In this document: piece by piece, positions 1-8,123 of the stretch | Position numbering within the stretch: position 1 is the first letter of the stretch | How the letters are laid out: each line of letters opens with the position of its first letter | NCBI RefSeq assembly: GCF_001457595.1 | Contig: NZ_LN831039.1 | Coordinates: forward strand, 120,001-152,000 | DNA length: 32,000 nucleotides | Direction: 5' to 3' | From: Mycolicibacterium smegmatis | Lineage (GTDB): Bacteria > Actinomycetota > Actinomycetes > Mycobacteriales > Mycobacteriaceae | Position numbers and translations under genes: made by a program | The notes under the pieces: model-generated | What the model was told of the DNA's origin: nothing | Database searches by the model: none | What the model saw: the letters and a program-made list of their open reading frames with translations, nothing else

Positions 1-680
1 GAGGCCAACTGATCGGCGATGCGGGTGGCCGACGAGACCAGGTAGCGCGCCAGGCCGGACACCCCGGAGTCACGGCGATGCGCCGAGCGCTGCGTCTTCT
101 CGGGATCGGCGCGCAGCACGATCCACGTGCGCCGGTTGGCCGGCGCCGGATAGGGTCCCACCACCTGCTCGTAGAGCGCGATCAGGCTGGCCGGCGCGGT
201 CTTGCCGACGCGGTAGCCGGCCGAGACCACATCGGCCTCGAGGTCGGGGCAGTGCGCCTCGAGCAGTCGCTCGACCAATTTGGTGCTCACCACGTCGTCG
301 GTCATCGCGCTGCCGTTGACGATCACGGTCGGCGTGAAAGGCCTTGGCACCAGTTCGATCACGGCGATGAGATAGTCACCCTGCCAGCGCACCGCGACGT
401 GGTCGCCGGGCATCACGGTGGCACCGACGGCGGGTTCCGATGCGACGTCGGGCGTGCTGCGGTGGCGTCGTCGCCACGAGAAGATCGCGCGCACCCACCC
501 GGTGATCCGCAGGCCGCGGATGGTGAGCACCGAGAACAACGCGATGAGTGCGCCGAGGGTGATGCCCAGCCACAGCAGATCGAAGTGCATGCAGACCGCG
601 ATGCACGCCGGGATCAACGTGGCAGCCCAGATGCCGTGCCCGGTGGTGAACCGGAAACCGAACTGCCGCAAGAAGTTCAT
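1..680 (-). CDS. eccE1: ESX-1 secretion system protein EccE1, N-terminal part (3' end runs off the window)
   Basis: Not in the ORF track because it is open-ended. My translation from the ATG at 680-678 gives MNFLRQFGFRFTTGHGIWAATLIPACIAVC...VGATVMPGDHVAVRWQGDYLIAVIELVPRPFTPTVIVNG...ANRRTWIVLRADPEKT with no stop down to base 1. It resembles M. tuberculosis EccE1 (Rv3882c) as I remember it. The ATG overlaps the mycP1 TGA (ATGA, 677-680). Confidence 0.85.
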   Translation of the reverse strand, partial: MNFLRQFGFRFTTGHGIWAATLIPACIAVCMHFDLLWLGITLGALIALFSVLTIRGLRITGWVRAIFSWRRRHRSTPDVASEPAVGATVMPGDHVAVRWQGDYLIAVIELVPRPFTPTVIVNGSAMTDDVVSTKLVERLLEAHCPDLEADVVSAGYRVGKTAPASLIALYEQVVGPYPAPANRRTWIVLRADPEKTQRSAHRRDSGVSGLARYLVSSATRIADQLA

Positions 681-2026
681 TGCTTCCGCCTCAGGGCGCG
701 CCGTGCCAGCGCGCCGACACCGAGAGCGAAGGCCAGGGTGGCCCCGGCGATCACGACGGCTGTGATCGGTCCGCGGTCCGGCGGCGGGATGTACACCGGC
801 GGCGGAACTTCCTTGACCCGGAACGGAGCCTTCTCGGGCCCGTCGGGGATCTCCCAGGTGAGCGCGGCGACGGGGTCGATCACCCCGGCGCCGACGTAGT
901 TGTCCACGCCGCCACCGGGATGGCGCGCCGTCGCGGTGATGCGGTTGATGACCTGCGCGGGGGTGAGGTCCGGGAAGCGCTGCTTGATGAGCGCGGCAAG
1001 ACCGGACACATACGCGGCCGAGAACGACGTGCCGTTCAGCGGCACCGGCCCGTCCTCGCCGGGAGTGGCATTGACGGGCTGGCCGTCGTAACCGAGTGAG
1101 GTGAGGTTCTCGCCGGGTGCGGCGGCCCCCACCCACGGGCCCGACATGGAGAAGTTGCTGGGCTGGCCGTTCTGGCCGATGCTGCCGACCGTGAGGACCA
1201 GCGGGTCGTACCAGGCCGGGCTCACGATGGTCTGCACTTCGCGCCAGCCGCGCGGATCGGACGGCACCGACGGGTCCGGCGGCGGGTTCTGCGAGCAGTC
1301 CTGGCCCGTGTTGCCCGCGGCGACCACGATGACGGCGCCCTTGACGTTCACGGCGTAGTTGATCGCGGCGCCGAGCGACGTCTCGTCGATGCGGCGGGTC
1401 ACCTTGTAGCAGGCGGCCTCACTGATGTTGATCACCTGTGCACCGAGGTTCGCGGCGTGCACGACGGAGCGGGCGAGGCTGCGGATCGAGCCTGCGGTCT
1501 GGGTGGTGTTCGGATCGTTGGGATCCTGACGGGCGCCCTTCGGTTGGAACGCGACCGAGGTCTGCCGCAAAGAAAGAAGTCGCACATCGGGCGCCATACC
1601 GACGAACCCGTCGGTGGGGGAGGGGCGACCGCCGATGATTGCCGCGGTCATGGTGCCGTGCGCGTCGCAGTCCGACATTCCGTTGCCTGCCGCGTCGACG
1701 AAGTCGCCGCCGGGTTCGGCCGGGACCCGGGGGGACCCGTTCACGCCGGTGTCGATCACCGCGACGGTCACGCCGGCGCCGGTGGCAAATTTCTGCGCCT
1801 CCTGGATGCGGAGGTAGTCGTTTGCCCACGGGCGGTCGGCGAAGTTCGAGTTGGGCATCACCGTCGGCGTCGCGCAGATCTTGCGCTGCTCGGTGGGCTG
1901 GTCGGGGCCGGTTTCGTCAGGTGGTACGGCTCCGGCGTCGATGATCGGGGGATCGATCGCCCACGCCGGGGGCGCACTGAACAAAGCCAGCAAAACTGCC
2001 AGCACCATGACGGCTACGCGCTGCAC
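677..2026 (-). CDS. mycP1: Mycosin, the subtilisin-like serine protease of ESX-1 (MycP1)
   Basis: 449-aa ORF. N-terminal signal peptide (MQRVAVMVLAVLLALFSAPPAWA). Subtilase triad contexts VAVIDTGV (Asp), DAHGTMTAAII (His) and NGTSFSAAYVSGLAAL (Ser). C-terminal TM anchor ITAVVIAGATLAFALGVGALA followed by RRALRRKQ. GTG start with GGGGGAG upstream. Confidence 0.95.
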   Translation of the reverse strand: MQRVAVMVLAVLLALFSAPPAWAIDPPIIDAGAVPPDETGPDQPTEQRKICATPTVMPNSNFADRPWANDYLRIQEAQKFATGAGVTVAVIDTGVNGSPRVPAEPGGDFVDAAGNGMSDCDAHGTMTAAIIGGRPSPTDGFVGMAPDVRLLSLRQTSVAFQPKGARQDPNDPNTTQTAGSIRSLARSVVHAANLGAQVINISEAACYKVTRRIDETSLGAAINYAVNVKGAVIVVAAGNTGQDCSQNPPPDPSVPSDPRGWREVQTIVSPAWYDPLVLTVGSIGQNGQPSNFSMSGPWVGAAAPGENLTSLGYDGQPVNATPGEDGPVPLNGTSFSAAYVSGLAALIKQRFPDLTPAQVINRITATARHPGGGVDNYVGAGVIDPVAALTWEIPDGPEKAPFRVKEVPPPVYIPPPDRGPITAVVIAGATLAFALGVGALARRALRRKQ

Positions 2027-2191
2027 GCCTCACACTCCCCCAACAAGAATTGATCCGACCGCCGCGGGCCGGAGCCCCCCAGCAAACAGATCGGTGTCTG
2101 CGCAGACAAGCATCTTCTCATGCCGAGCCGGCGGGCACTTCGCACGTTGGAAGTCTATGGGCATCACGATCACGCCGATGACGCTTTTTTA

Positions 2192-2216
2192 CCTGCCCGG
2201 AAATCCCGGCCGCAGG
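2192..2216 (-). terminator. Candidate stem-loop downstream of ptsH, with no U-tail
   Basis: cctgcccggaaatcccggccgcagg can fold as a 5 bp plus 4 bp stem with a 2-nt bulge, about 40 nt after the ptsH stop. On the minus strand it is followed by an A-run, not a U-run, so it is at best a tail-less terminator. Confidence 0.25.
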
Positions 2217-2255
2217 CGATCAGAAATTGACGCAAATGTAGAACCCGGCAAAGAC

Positions 2256-2513
2256 TTACGCGTCGAGATCCTGTTCGACCAGTTCGGCAACCTTGGCGAG
2301 CACATCGGCATCGTCGGACGACACGGTGACCTGGGCGCCCTTCTCCGCGCCGAGCGTCATGATCATCAGCGCCGAACCGGCGTCGACGGGTTCGCCGCCG
2401 TCCATGGAAAGGGACACGGGTACACCGGCGTTCACCACGGCCTCGGCGATGATGGCCGCGGGGCGCGCGTGCAGGCCGACGGCCGACCCGACGGTGACGG
2501 TCTTGCTGGGCAT
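2256..2513 (-). CDS. ptsH: PTS phosphocarrier protein HPr
   Basis: Internal ATG of the 2256..2645 ORF gives 85 aa: MPSKTVTVGSAVGLHARPAA... This has the His15 motif GLHARPA and GSALMIMTLGA around the Ser46-equivalent. A GAGGAG Shine-Dalgarno sits directly after the fruA stop. Confidence 0.93.
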   Translation of the reverse strand: MPSKTVTVGSAVGLHARPAAIIAEAVVNAGVPVSLSMDGGEPVDAGSALMIMTLGAEKGAQVTVSSDDADVLAKVAELVEQDLDA

Positions 2514-2524
2514 GGCTTCTCCTC

Positions 2525-4540
2525 TTATGTGGTGGCCAGCGCCGGTGCCTCCGGCGTGGTGACGGGACGTTTGGTGAACTGTTTGGCGGTGATGACGGTC
2601 AGCGCGCTGACGACGCTGCCGATCGCCACCGCGATGACGAACCACAGCAGGTTGCCGATCGCGAAGAACACGAAGATGCCGCCGTGGGGCGCACGCAGCG
2701 TGACGGCCGCGGCCATGACGGTCGCCCCGGTCACGGCCCCGCCCAGCATCATCGACGGGATCACACGCAGCGGGTCGGCCGCCGCGAACGGGATGGCGCC
2801 CTCGGTGATGAACGATGCGCCCAGCAGCCAGGCCGCGCGTCCGTTCTCCCGCTCGGGCTCACTGAACAACCGGGGCCGGATCACGGTGGCCAGCGCCATG
2901 GCCAGCGGTGGCACCATGCCCGCGGCCATCACCGCTGCCATGATCTGCAGGTTGGCCTGGGTGGGATTGACCAGGCTCGCGGTGGCGAATGCGTAGGCCG
3001 CCTTGTTGACCGGGCCGCCCAGGTCGAAGCACATCATCAGGCCGAGGATGACGCCCAGCGCAATCGCCGAACCGCCGGACAGACCACCGAGCCAGTTGGT
3101 CAGGCCCGAGGTCAGCGCAGCGAGTGGCCGTCCCAGGAGCAGGAACATCAGCAGTCCGACGACCATCGAGGCGAACAGCGGGATCACGACGACGGGCATG
3201 AGCCCACGTGCCCACTGCGGCACCCCGATCCGGCTGATCCACAGGGCGGCGAACCCGGCGATCAGACCGCCGACGATGCCCCCGATGAATCCGCCGCCGA
3301 CGAACACCGCGACCGCGCCGGCGGTGAAACCCGGTGCGATACCGGGCCGGTCGGCGATCGCGAACGCGATGTAGCCGGCCAGCGCGGGCACCAGGAAGGA
3401 AAAGGCCAGCCCGCCGAGCGTGAACAGCACCGCCCCGAGGTACTGCGCCACTCCGCCGCTGGGAAGGTTGGTCAGCGAGTTGTGCGTGGCGATGATGTTG
3501 CCCAGCGACTGCGTCTCGCCGTCGGGGGTGTTCCCGATCTCGTAGCCCGCCAACAGGAATCCGAGTGCGATCAGCAGACCGCCCGCGGCGACGAACGGGA
3601 TCATGTAGCTCACGCCGGTGAGCAGGATCTGCCGGATGCGGGTGCCCCATCCGACGTCACCCGCGGGCGCGGAAGCGGACTCGGCGGCCTGCCCGGCGAC
3701 CCGAGGCGCGCCGGGATCACTTGCGGCGCTGATGGCTTCGGCCACCATCTTGTCGGGCTCGTTGATCGCGCGTTTGACGCCCGAGGCGATGACGGGTTTA
3801 CCCGCGAAACGCTGCCGGTCCTTGACGCCGACATCAGTGGCGAAGATGACCGCATCGGCCGCGGCGATGGTCTCTGCCGACAGCGGCGTGCTGCCCGCCG
3901 AGCCCTGGGTTTCGACGGTGCACGCCACGCCGGCCTTCTCGGCGGCCGCCTTGAGCGCGTCGGCGGCCATGTAGGTGTGCGCGATCCCGGTGGGACACGA
4001 GGTGACGGCGACTATCGACACGCTCTTGTCGGCAGCAGGCTTCGGCTCGGCAGCAGGCTTCGGCGCGGACGCAGGCGGTGCGGCGGCGGGCTTGACCGCC
4101 GAGTTCACCAGTTCCACGACCTCCTGGGTGCTGGACGCCGAGCGCAGGGATTCGACGAAATCCTTGCGCACCAACGCCCGGGCCAGGCTGGAGAGCAGCT
4201 TCATGTGCTCGGACCCACCGGATTCCGGCGCGGCGATCAGGAACGCGAGATCGGCCGGGCCGTCAGGGGCGCCGAAGTCGACCTTCGGGTCGAGCCGGGC
4301 GAATCCGATGGTCGCGGTGTCGACGTACGGGGAGCGGCAGTGCGGTATCGCGATGCCGCCGGGCAACCCGGTCGCCGACTGTGCCTCGCGGGCCATCGCC
4401 GCACCCACCAGGCCCGCGGTGTCACTTGCGCGGCCCGCACCGCCGAGGGCGCCGGCCAGCCGGGCGATGACCGCCTCCTTGTCGCTGCCGGCATCGACAT
4501 CGAGCAGGACCAGATCGTCGGTGATGATCGGTTGGGTCAT
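2525..4540 (-). CDS. fruA: PTS fructose-specific enzyme IIABC (fused EIIA-EIIB-EIIC)
   Basis: 671 aa. N-terminal PTS_EIIA_2 domain (GGIAIPHCRSP), an Ala/Pro linker, EIIB with SIVAVTSCPTGIAHTYMAADAL, then a polytopic EIIC. The start overlaps the fruK stop (ATGA, 4537-4540). Confidence 0.95.
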   Translation of the reverse strand: MTQPIITDDLVLLDVDAGSDKEAVIARLAGALGGAGRASDTAGLVGAAMAREAQSATGLPGGIAIPHCRSPYVDTATIGFARLDPKVDFGAPDGPADLAFLIAAPESGGSEHMKLLSSLARALVRKDFVESLRSASSTQEVVELVNSAVKPAAAPPASAPKPAAEPKPAADKSVSIVAVTSCPTGIAHTYMAADALKAAAEKAGVACTVETQGSAGSTPLSAETIAAADAVIFATDVGVKDRQRFAGKPVIASGVKRAINEPDKMVAEAISAASDPGAPRVAGQAAESASAPAGDVGWGTRIRQILLTGVSYMIPFVAAGGLLIALGFLLAGYEIGNTPDGETQSLGNIIATHNSLTNLPSGGVAQYLGAVLFTLGGLAFSFLVPALAGYIAFAIADRPGIAPGFTAGAVAVFVGGGFIGGIVGGLIAGFAALWISRIGVPQWARGLMPVVVIPLFASMVVGLLMFLLLGRPLAALTSGLTNWLGGLSGGSAIALGVILGLMMCFDLGGPVNKAAYAFATASLVNPTQANLQIMAAVMAAGMVPPLAMALATVIRPRLFSEPERENGRAAWLLGASFITEGAIPFAAADPLRVIPSMMLGGAVTGATVMAAAVTLRAPHGGIFVFFAIGNLLWFVIAVAIGSVVSALTVITAKQFTKRPVTTPEAPALATT
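4031..4066. repeat. 2 x 18-bp tandem duplication inside the fruA interdomain linker
   Basis: ggcagcaggcttcggctc followed by ggcagcaggcttcggcgc (17/18 identical). It encodes APKPAA-EPKPAA in the Ala/Pro-rich EIIA-EIIB linker. Confidence 0.8.
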
Positions 4541-5520
4541 TGCAGCACTTCCCGGTTGGTGGTGATGAGGTCAGTGACGCGGACGGCGTCGAGATCGAGT
4601 TGTGCGGGCACGGGCAGCGCCGATCCCGGGAGAGCCGCGGCCGCGCCGCCGTAGGCGACCGCCATGCGCAGCCGCTGGGACGGTTCGGCGCCGCCGACCT
4701 CGGCCCGCAGGTAACCGGCGAGCGACGCGTCCCCGGCGCCGACGGTACTGCGCGCGGTGATGGGCGGTGGCGCGGCGAACCAGGCGCCCGTGCCGTCGAC
4801 CAGCACCGCACCGGCGGCGCCCAGTGTCGCGAGCACCGCGCCGACGCCCCGCTCGACGAGCTTGACCGCGGCCGCGACGACGAGGGACAGATCGCCCTCG
4901 GCGACCGTGGTCTCCAGGTCGGCTTCGGCGACACCGGAGATGCTCGCGAGTTCCTCGACGTTGGGCTTCATCAGCTCGGGAGACGCCGTGCTGAGTTTCG
5001 AGGCCAGCGCGGCCAGCGGAGCGTCTGAGGTGTCGACGGCCACGCGGCACGGCAGGGGTGCCAGCTTCGCGACGACGTCGGCGTACCACTGCGGCGGCAC
5101 TCCCGGCGGCAGCGAACCCGACAGCACGACCCACGCCGCATGTTGCGCCTCGTCCACGACGCACCGCGTGATCGCATCGAGCGCCGCGGCGTCGAGGGTG
5201 GCCCCACGCTCGTTGAGTTTGGTTGTGGTGCCGTCGTTTTCGGTGATCGCGATGTTGGTGCGCACCGGTTCGGCGATCGGGACCGCCGTGAACGGCACGT
5301 CGGCACACCGCAGCGCGGTCAGCAGCGGATCGTCGGTGGCAGCGGGCAGCAGTGCCAGCGCGTCCACACCGGCCGATGTGAGCGCCTTGGCCACGTTGAT
5401 GCCTTTACCGCCGGCCTCGACGGTCACCGAGTCGACGCGTTGCACGGCGCCGCGGGTGAGCGGGGCCGTGAGCGTGACCGTACGGTCGAGGCTCGGGTTG
5501 AGGGTGACGGTGACGATCAT
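4537..5520 (-). CDS. fruK: 1-phosphofructokinase (PfkB/ribokinase family)
   Basis: 327 aa: MIVTVTLNPSLDRT...GGKGINVA...STVGAGDASLAGYL, typical of FruK/PfkB sugar kinases. It sits between the DeoR regulator and fruA with ATGA overlaps at both ends. Confidence 0.92.
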   Translation of the reverse strand: MIVTVTLNPSLDRTVTLTAPLTRGAVQRVDSVTVEAGGKGINVAKALTSAGVDALALLPAATDDPLLTALRCADVPFTAVPIAEPVRTNIAITENDGTTTKLNERGATLDAAALDAITRCVVDEAQHAAWVVLSGSLPPGVPPQWYADVVAKLAPLPCRVAVDTSDAPLAALASKLSTASPELMKPNVEELASISGVAEADLETTVAEGDLSLVVAAAVKLVERGVGAVLATLGAAGAVLVDGTGAWFAAPPPITARSTVGAGDASLAGYLRAEVGGAEPSQRLRMAVAYGGAAAALPGSALPVPAQLDLDAVRVTDLITTNREVLQ

Positions 5521-6284
5521 GCGATCACCACCTCGACGCCCTGCTCGGTGAGCCCGTCGCGGTCGGCCGGGTCGATCTCGTCGTCGGTGATGAGCGTGTC
5601 GACGCAGTCGATGGGCGCGAAGCGGATGAGGTCCTCCTGGCCCATCTTCGACGAATCAGCGACGACGACAACGTAATTGGCGGCGCTCACCATGGCCCGC
5701 TTGACCGCGGCCTCGTCGGTGTCCGGGGTGGACAGGCCGTGCCGCAGGCTGATGGCGTTGGTGCCGATGAAGGCGATGTCGACGCGCAGCGCGTCGAGCA
5801 CTCGCAACGCCTGCTCGCCGACCGCGGCCTGCGTGAGTCCGCGGACGCGTCCGCCCAGCAGTTGCAGCGTGACGTTGGGCATCGCGGCCACGCGTGACGC
5901 GATGGGCACCGAGTTGGTGACGATCGTGAGCTCGCGGTCGGTCGGCAGGTGGGCCGCCACGCGGGCCGTCGTCGTCCCGGCGTCCAGCAGCACGCTCGAT
6001 CCCGTCGGAGGAAAGAACTCGGCGGCGGCCGCGGCGATGGCATCCTTTTGTTCGGCGCGGGTGCTGTCGCGTTCACCCACGCCGGCCTCCACGAGATGCA
6101 GCGTCCGCACCGGCACGGCCCCGCCGTGTACCCGCCGCACCACGCCTGCCCGGTCGAGGACCGCGAGATCGCGGCGCACGGTCTCGGTGGTGACGTCGTA
6201 GGCCTGGGCCAGCTCCGCGACGGAGGCGCGGCCCCGGCTCAGCACCAGGGCGGCGATCGCCTGTTGGCGCTCTTCGGCGTACAT
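5517..6284 (-). CDS. DeoR-family transcriptional repressor of the fructose-PTS operon (FruR/SugR-like)
   Basis: MYAEERQQAIAALVLSRGRASVAELAQAYDVTTETVRRDLAVLDRAG is an HTH_DeoR domain, followed by a DeoR C-terminal sensor domain. I prefer the ATG at 6284, which has GGAGG 4 nt upstream, over the TTG at 6308 used by the ORF track. Confidence 0.9.
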   Translation of the reverse strand: MYAEERQQAIAALVLSRGRASVAELAQAYDVTTETVRRDLAVLDRAGVVRRVHGGAVPVRTLHLVEAGVGERDSTRAEQKDAIAAAAAEFFPPTGSSVLLDAGTTTARVAAHLPTDRELTIVTNSVPIASRVAAMPNVTLQLLGGRVRGLTQAAVGEQALRVLDALRVDIAFIGTNAISLRHGLSTPDTDEAAVKRAMVSAANYVVVVADSSKMGQEDLIRFAPIDCVDTLITDDEIDPADRDGLTEQGVEVVIA

Positions 6285-6318
6285 GGGCCTCCGTTTGTGT
6301 GGCTTCAAGGCCGCTTGG

Positions 6319-6354
6319 ATGTTGATATGTGTTGTTTTACGCCTGTCTGTGTTG
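6319..6354. promoter_or_regulatory. Phased (A/G)TGTTG direct repeats, a candidate DeoR-type operator array in the deoR/ptsI divergent region
   Basis: ATGTTG at 6319, GTGTTG at 6329 and GTGTTG at 6349 (spacing 10 and 20 bp). The longer copies TGTGTTGTT (6328-6336) and TGTGTTGCT (6348-6356) match 8/9. The region is the most AT-rich stretch nearby. Confidence 0.35.
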
Positions 6355-6371
6355 CTGTGTCAACGATTTCT

Positions 6372-6387
6372 TGTAATCTCTCTCACA
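6372..6387. promoter_or_regulatory. CRP-like site TGTAA-N6-TCACA overlapping a TAATCT -10 element and the ptsI ATG
   Basis: TGTAAtctctcTCACA matches the TGTGA-N6-TCACA consensus 9/10. TAATCT (6374-6379) fits the mycobacterial TANNNT -10 element 8 nt upstream of the ATG. No Shine-Dalgarno is present, which suggests a leaderless ptsI. Confidence 0.2.
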
Positions 6388-8060
6388 TGAGCGCCTCGTC
6401 CGTTCCCGTCTTACACGGAGTTCCTGTGGTTCCGGGGGTGCGGTACGCCCCGGTCATCCGGCCCGGGCGGCTGCCCGTGATCGACCTGCCGGACACCGAG
6501 GTCGCAGAGCCGGACCGCGCCGCCGAGGCCGGCCGCTTCCGGGCGGCGGCCACCGCCGTCACCGAGCGGCTGCGCGCCCGCGCGGACCGTGCCACGGGCG
6601 CCGCGGCCGAGGTGCTCGGGGCGACGGCGACGCTCGCGCAGGACCGCGCCTGGCTGGGTGCGGCAGACAAACGTATCGCCGCGGGCGCCCCCGCGGTACG
6701 TGCGGTCTCCGAAGCCGTGGATCAGTTCATCGACATGTTCACGAAGATGGGCGGCCTGATGGCCGAGCGCGTGACCGATCTGCGTGACATCCGCGACCGC
6801 GTCGTCGCCGAGCTGTCCGGATACCCCGAGCCCGGGGTCCCGCTCCCGGAGCTCCCTTCGATCCTGTGCGCGACGGATCTCGCGCCCGCCGACACCGCGG
6901 GCCTGGACCCCGAACTGGTCGTCGGGCTCGCCACCACGCTCGGCGGGCCCACCAGTCACACCGCGATCATCGCGCGCCAACTGGGCATACCGTGCGTGGT
7001 CGCGGTGTCGGGCCTCGACGACATCGAAGCCGGACGTATGGTCCTGCTCGACGGCACCGCGGGCACCGTCACCGCCGATCCTGACCCGTCGGAGGCCGCG
7101 ACCGCGGTCGACGCCGCACGGCGGTCCGCGGCGACCGCACGCAACTGGCACGGGCCCGGTGCCACCGGCGACGGGCACGCGGTCGCGATCATGGCCAATG
7201 TGGCCGACGGCGCGGCCGCCCGGGCCGCGCGTGAGACCCCGGCCGAGGGCATCGGCCTGTTCCGTACCGAACTGTGCTTTCTCAACCGCGACACCGAGCC
7301 GACCGTCGCGGAGCAGGCCGCGATCTACGGCGAGGTGCTCGACGCGTTCTCCGGCGCGAAAGTGGTGATCCGCACGCTCGACGCGGGTTCGGACAAACCG
7401 CTGAAATTCGCGGGTCACCCGCCCGCGGAGGCCAACCCGGCACTCGGGGTGCGCGGCATCCGCATCGCCGAGGCCAACCCGGGACTGCTCGAGCACCAAC
7501 TCGACGCCATCGCCGAGGCAGCCGAGAACACCGGAACCGCCCCGTGGGTCATGGCGCCCATGATCGCCACCCCGGACGAGGCGAAAAGGTTTGCCGCACA
7601 GGTCCGTTCACGCGGACTGACACCCGGCGTGATGGTCGAGGTACCCGCGGCCGCGTTGCTCGCCGAGCGGATCCTCGACCACGTCGACTTCCTGTCGATC
7701 GGCACCAACGATCTGGCGCAGTACACGATGGCCGCCGACCGGATGTCGGCCGAACTCGCGGCCCTGACCGATCCGTGGCAGCCCGCCGTCCTGGCTCTCG
7801 TGGGTACCGCCGCGCGGGCAGGCGCGGCCGCCGACAAGCCCGTGGGGGTGTGCGGTGAGGCCGCGGCCGACCCGCTGCTCGCGTGCGTTCTGGTGGGCCT
7901 CGGGGTGACCTCGCTGTCGGCGGCAGCGGCCGCGATTCCGTCGGTGGGCGCCAAGTTGGCGACGGTCACCGTGCAGCAGTGCCGTGAGGCCGCGCGGGCC
8001 GTGCTCGCGACCGCCGGTCCGGCCGAGGCGCGGGCCGCTGCGCTGGGCATTCTCACCTGA
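6387..8060 (+). CDS. ptsI: PTS enzyme I (phosphoenolpyruvate-protein phosphotransferase)
   Basis: Starts at the internal ATG (aa 147) of the 5949..8060 ORF: MSASSVPVLHGVPVVPGVRYAPV... Active-site His context GGPTSHTAIIARQLGIPCVV. PEP-utilising C-terminal motifs GLFRTELCF, SIGTNDLAQYTMAADR and VGVCGEAAADP. Confidence 0.93.
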   Translation: MSASSVPVLHGVPVVPGVRYAPVIRPGRLPVIDLPDTEVAEPDRAAEAGRFRAAATAVTERLRARADRATGAAAEVLGATATLAQDRAWLGAADKRIAAGAPAVRAVSEAVDQFIDMFTKMGGLMAERVTDLRDIRDRVVAELSGYPEPGVPLPELPSILCATDLAPADTAGLDPELVVGLATTLGGPTSHTAIIARQLGIPCVVAVSGLDDIEAGRMVLLDGTAGTVTADPDPSEAATAVDAARRSAATARNWHGPGATGDGHAVAIMANVADGAAARAARETPAEGIGLFRTELCFLNRDTEPTVAEQAAIYGEVLDAFSGAKVVIRTLDAGSDKPLKFAGHPPAEANPALGVRGIRIAEANPGLLEHQLDAIAEAAENTGTAPWVMAPMIATPDEAKRFAAQVRSRGLTPGVMVEVPAAALLAERILDHVDFLSIGTNDLAQYTMAADRMSAELAALTDPWQPAVLALVGTAARAGAAADKPVGVCGEAAADPLLACVLVGLGVTSLSAAAAAIPSVGAKLATVTVQQCREAARAVLATAGPAEARAAALGILT

Positions 8061-8064
8061 CGGA

Positions 8065-8088
8065 ATAATCGGACCACGGTCCGGTTAT
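8065..8088 (+). terminator. Near-perfect 24-bp palindrome or hairpin directly after the ptsI stop
   Basis: ATAATCGGACC-ac-GGTCCGGTTAT. The 11-nt arms have one mismatch, which is a G-U pair in RNA. It begins 5 nt after the TGA and is followed by a U-containing tract (atatgggtat). Confidence 0.4.
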
Positions 8089-8123
8089 ATGGGTATCATC
8101 TCAGGTACCCCAGGGAGGTATTG

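Noticed and set aside
78-899. 273-aa plus-strand ORF at the left edge
   Set aside because: It is antisense to eccE1 and mycP1, which have clear family signatures. Its sequence is Arg/Gly/His/Asp-rich low complexity with no recognisable domain. This is a typical high-GC antisense artefact.
2684-4654. 656-aa plus-strand ORF
   Set aside because: It is entirely antisense to fruA and fruK. Its composition is dominated by R, G, D, H and Q repeats, and it has no motifs.
5949-6386. 146-codon N-terminal extension of the ptsI ORF in the track
   Set aside because: The extension is antisense to the DeoR gene, crosses the AT-rich promoter spacer and has no EI similarity. EI homology begins at MSASSVPVLHG (ATG 6387).
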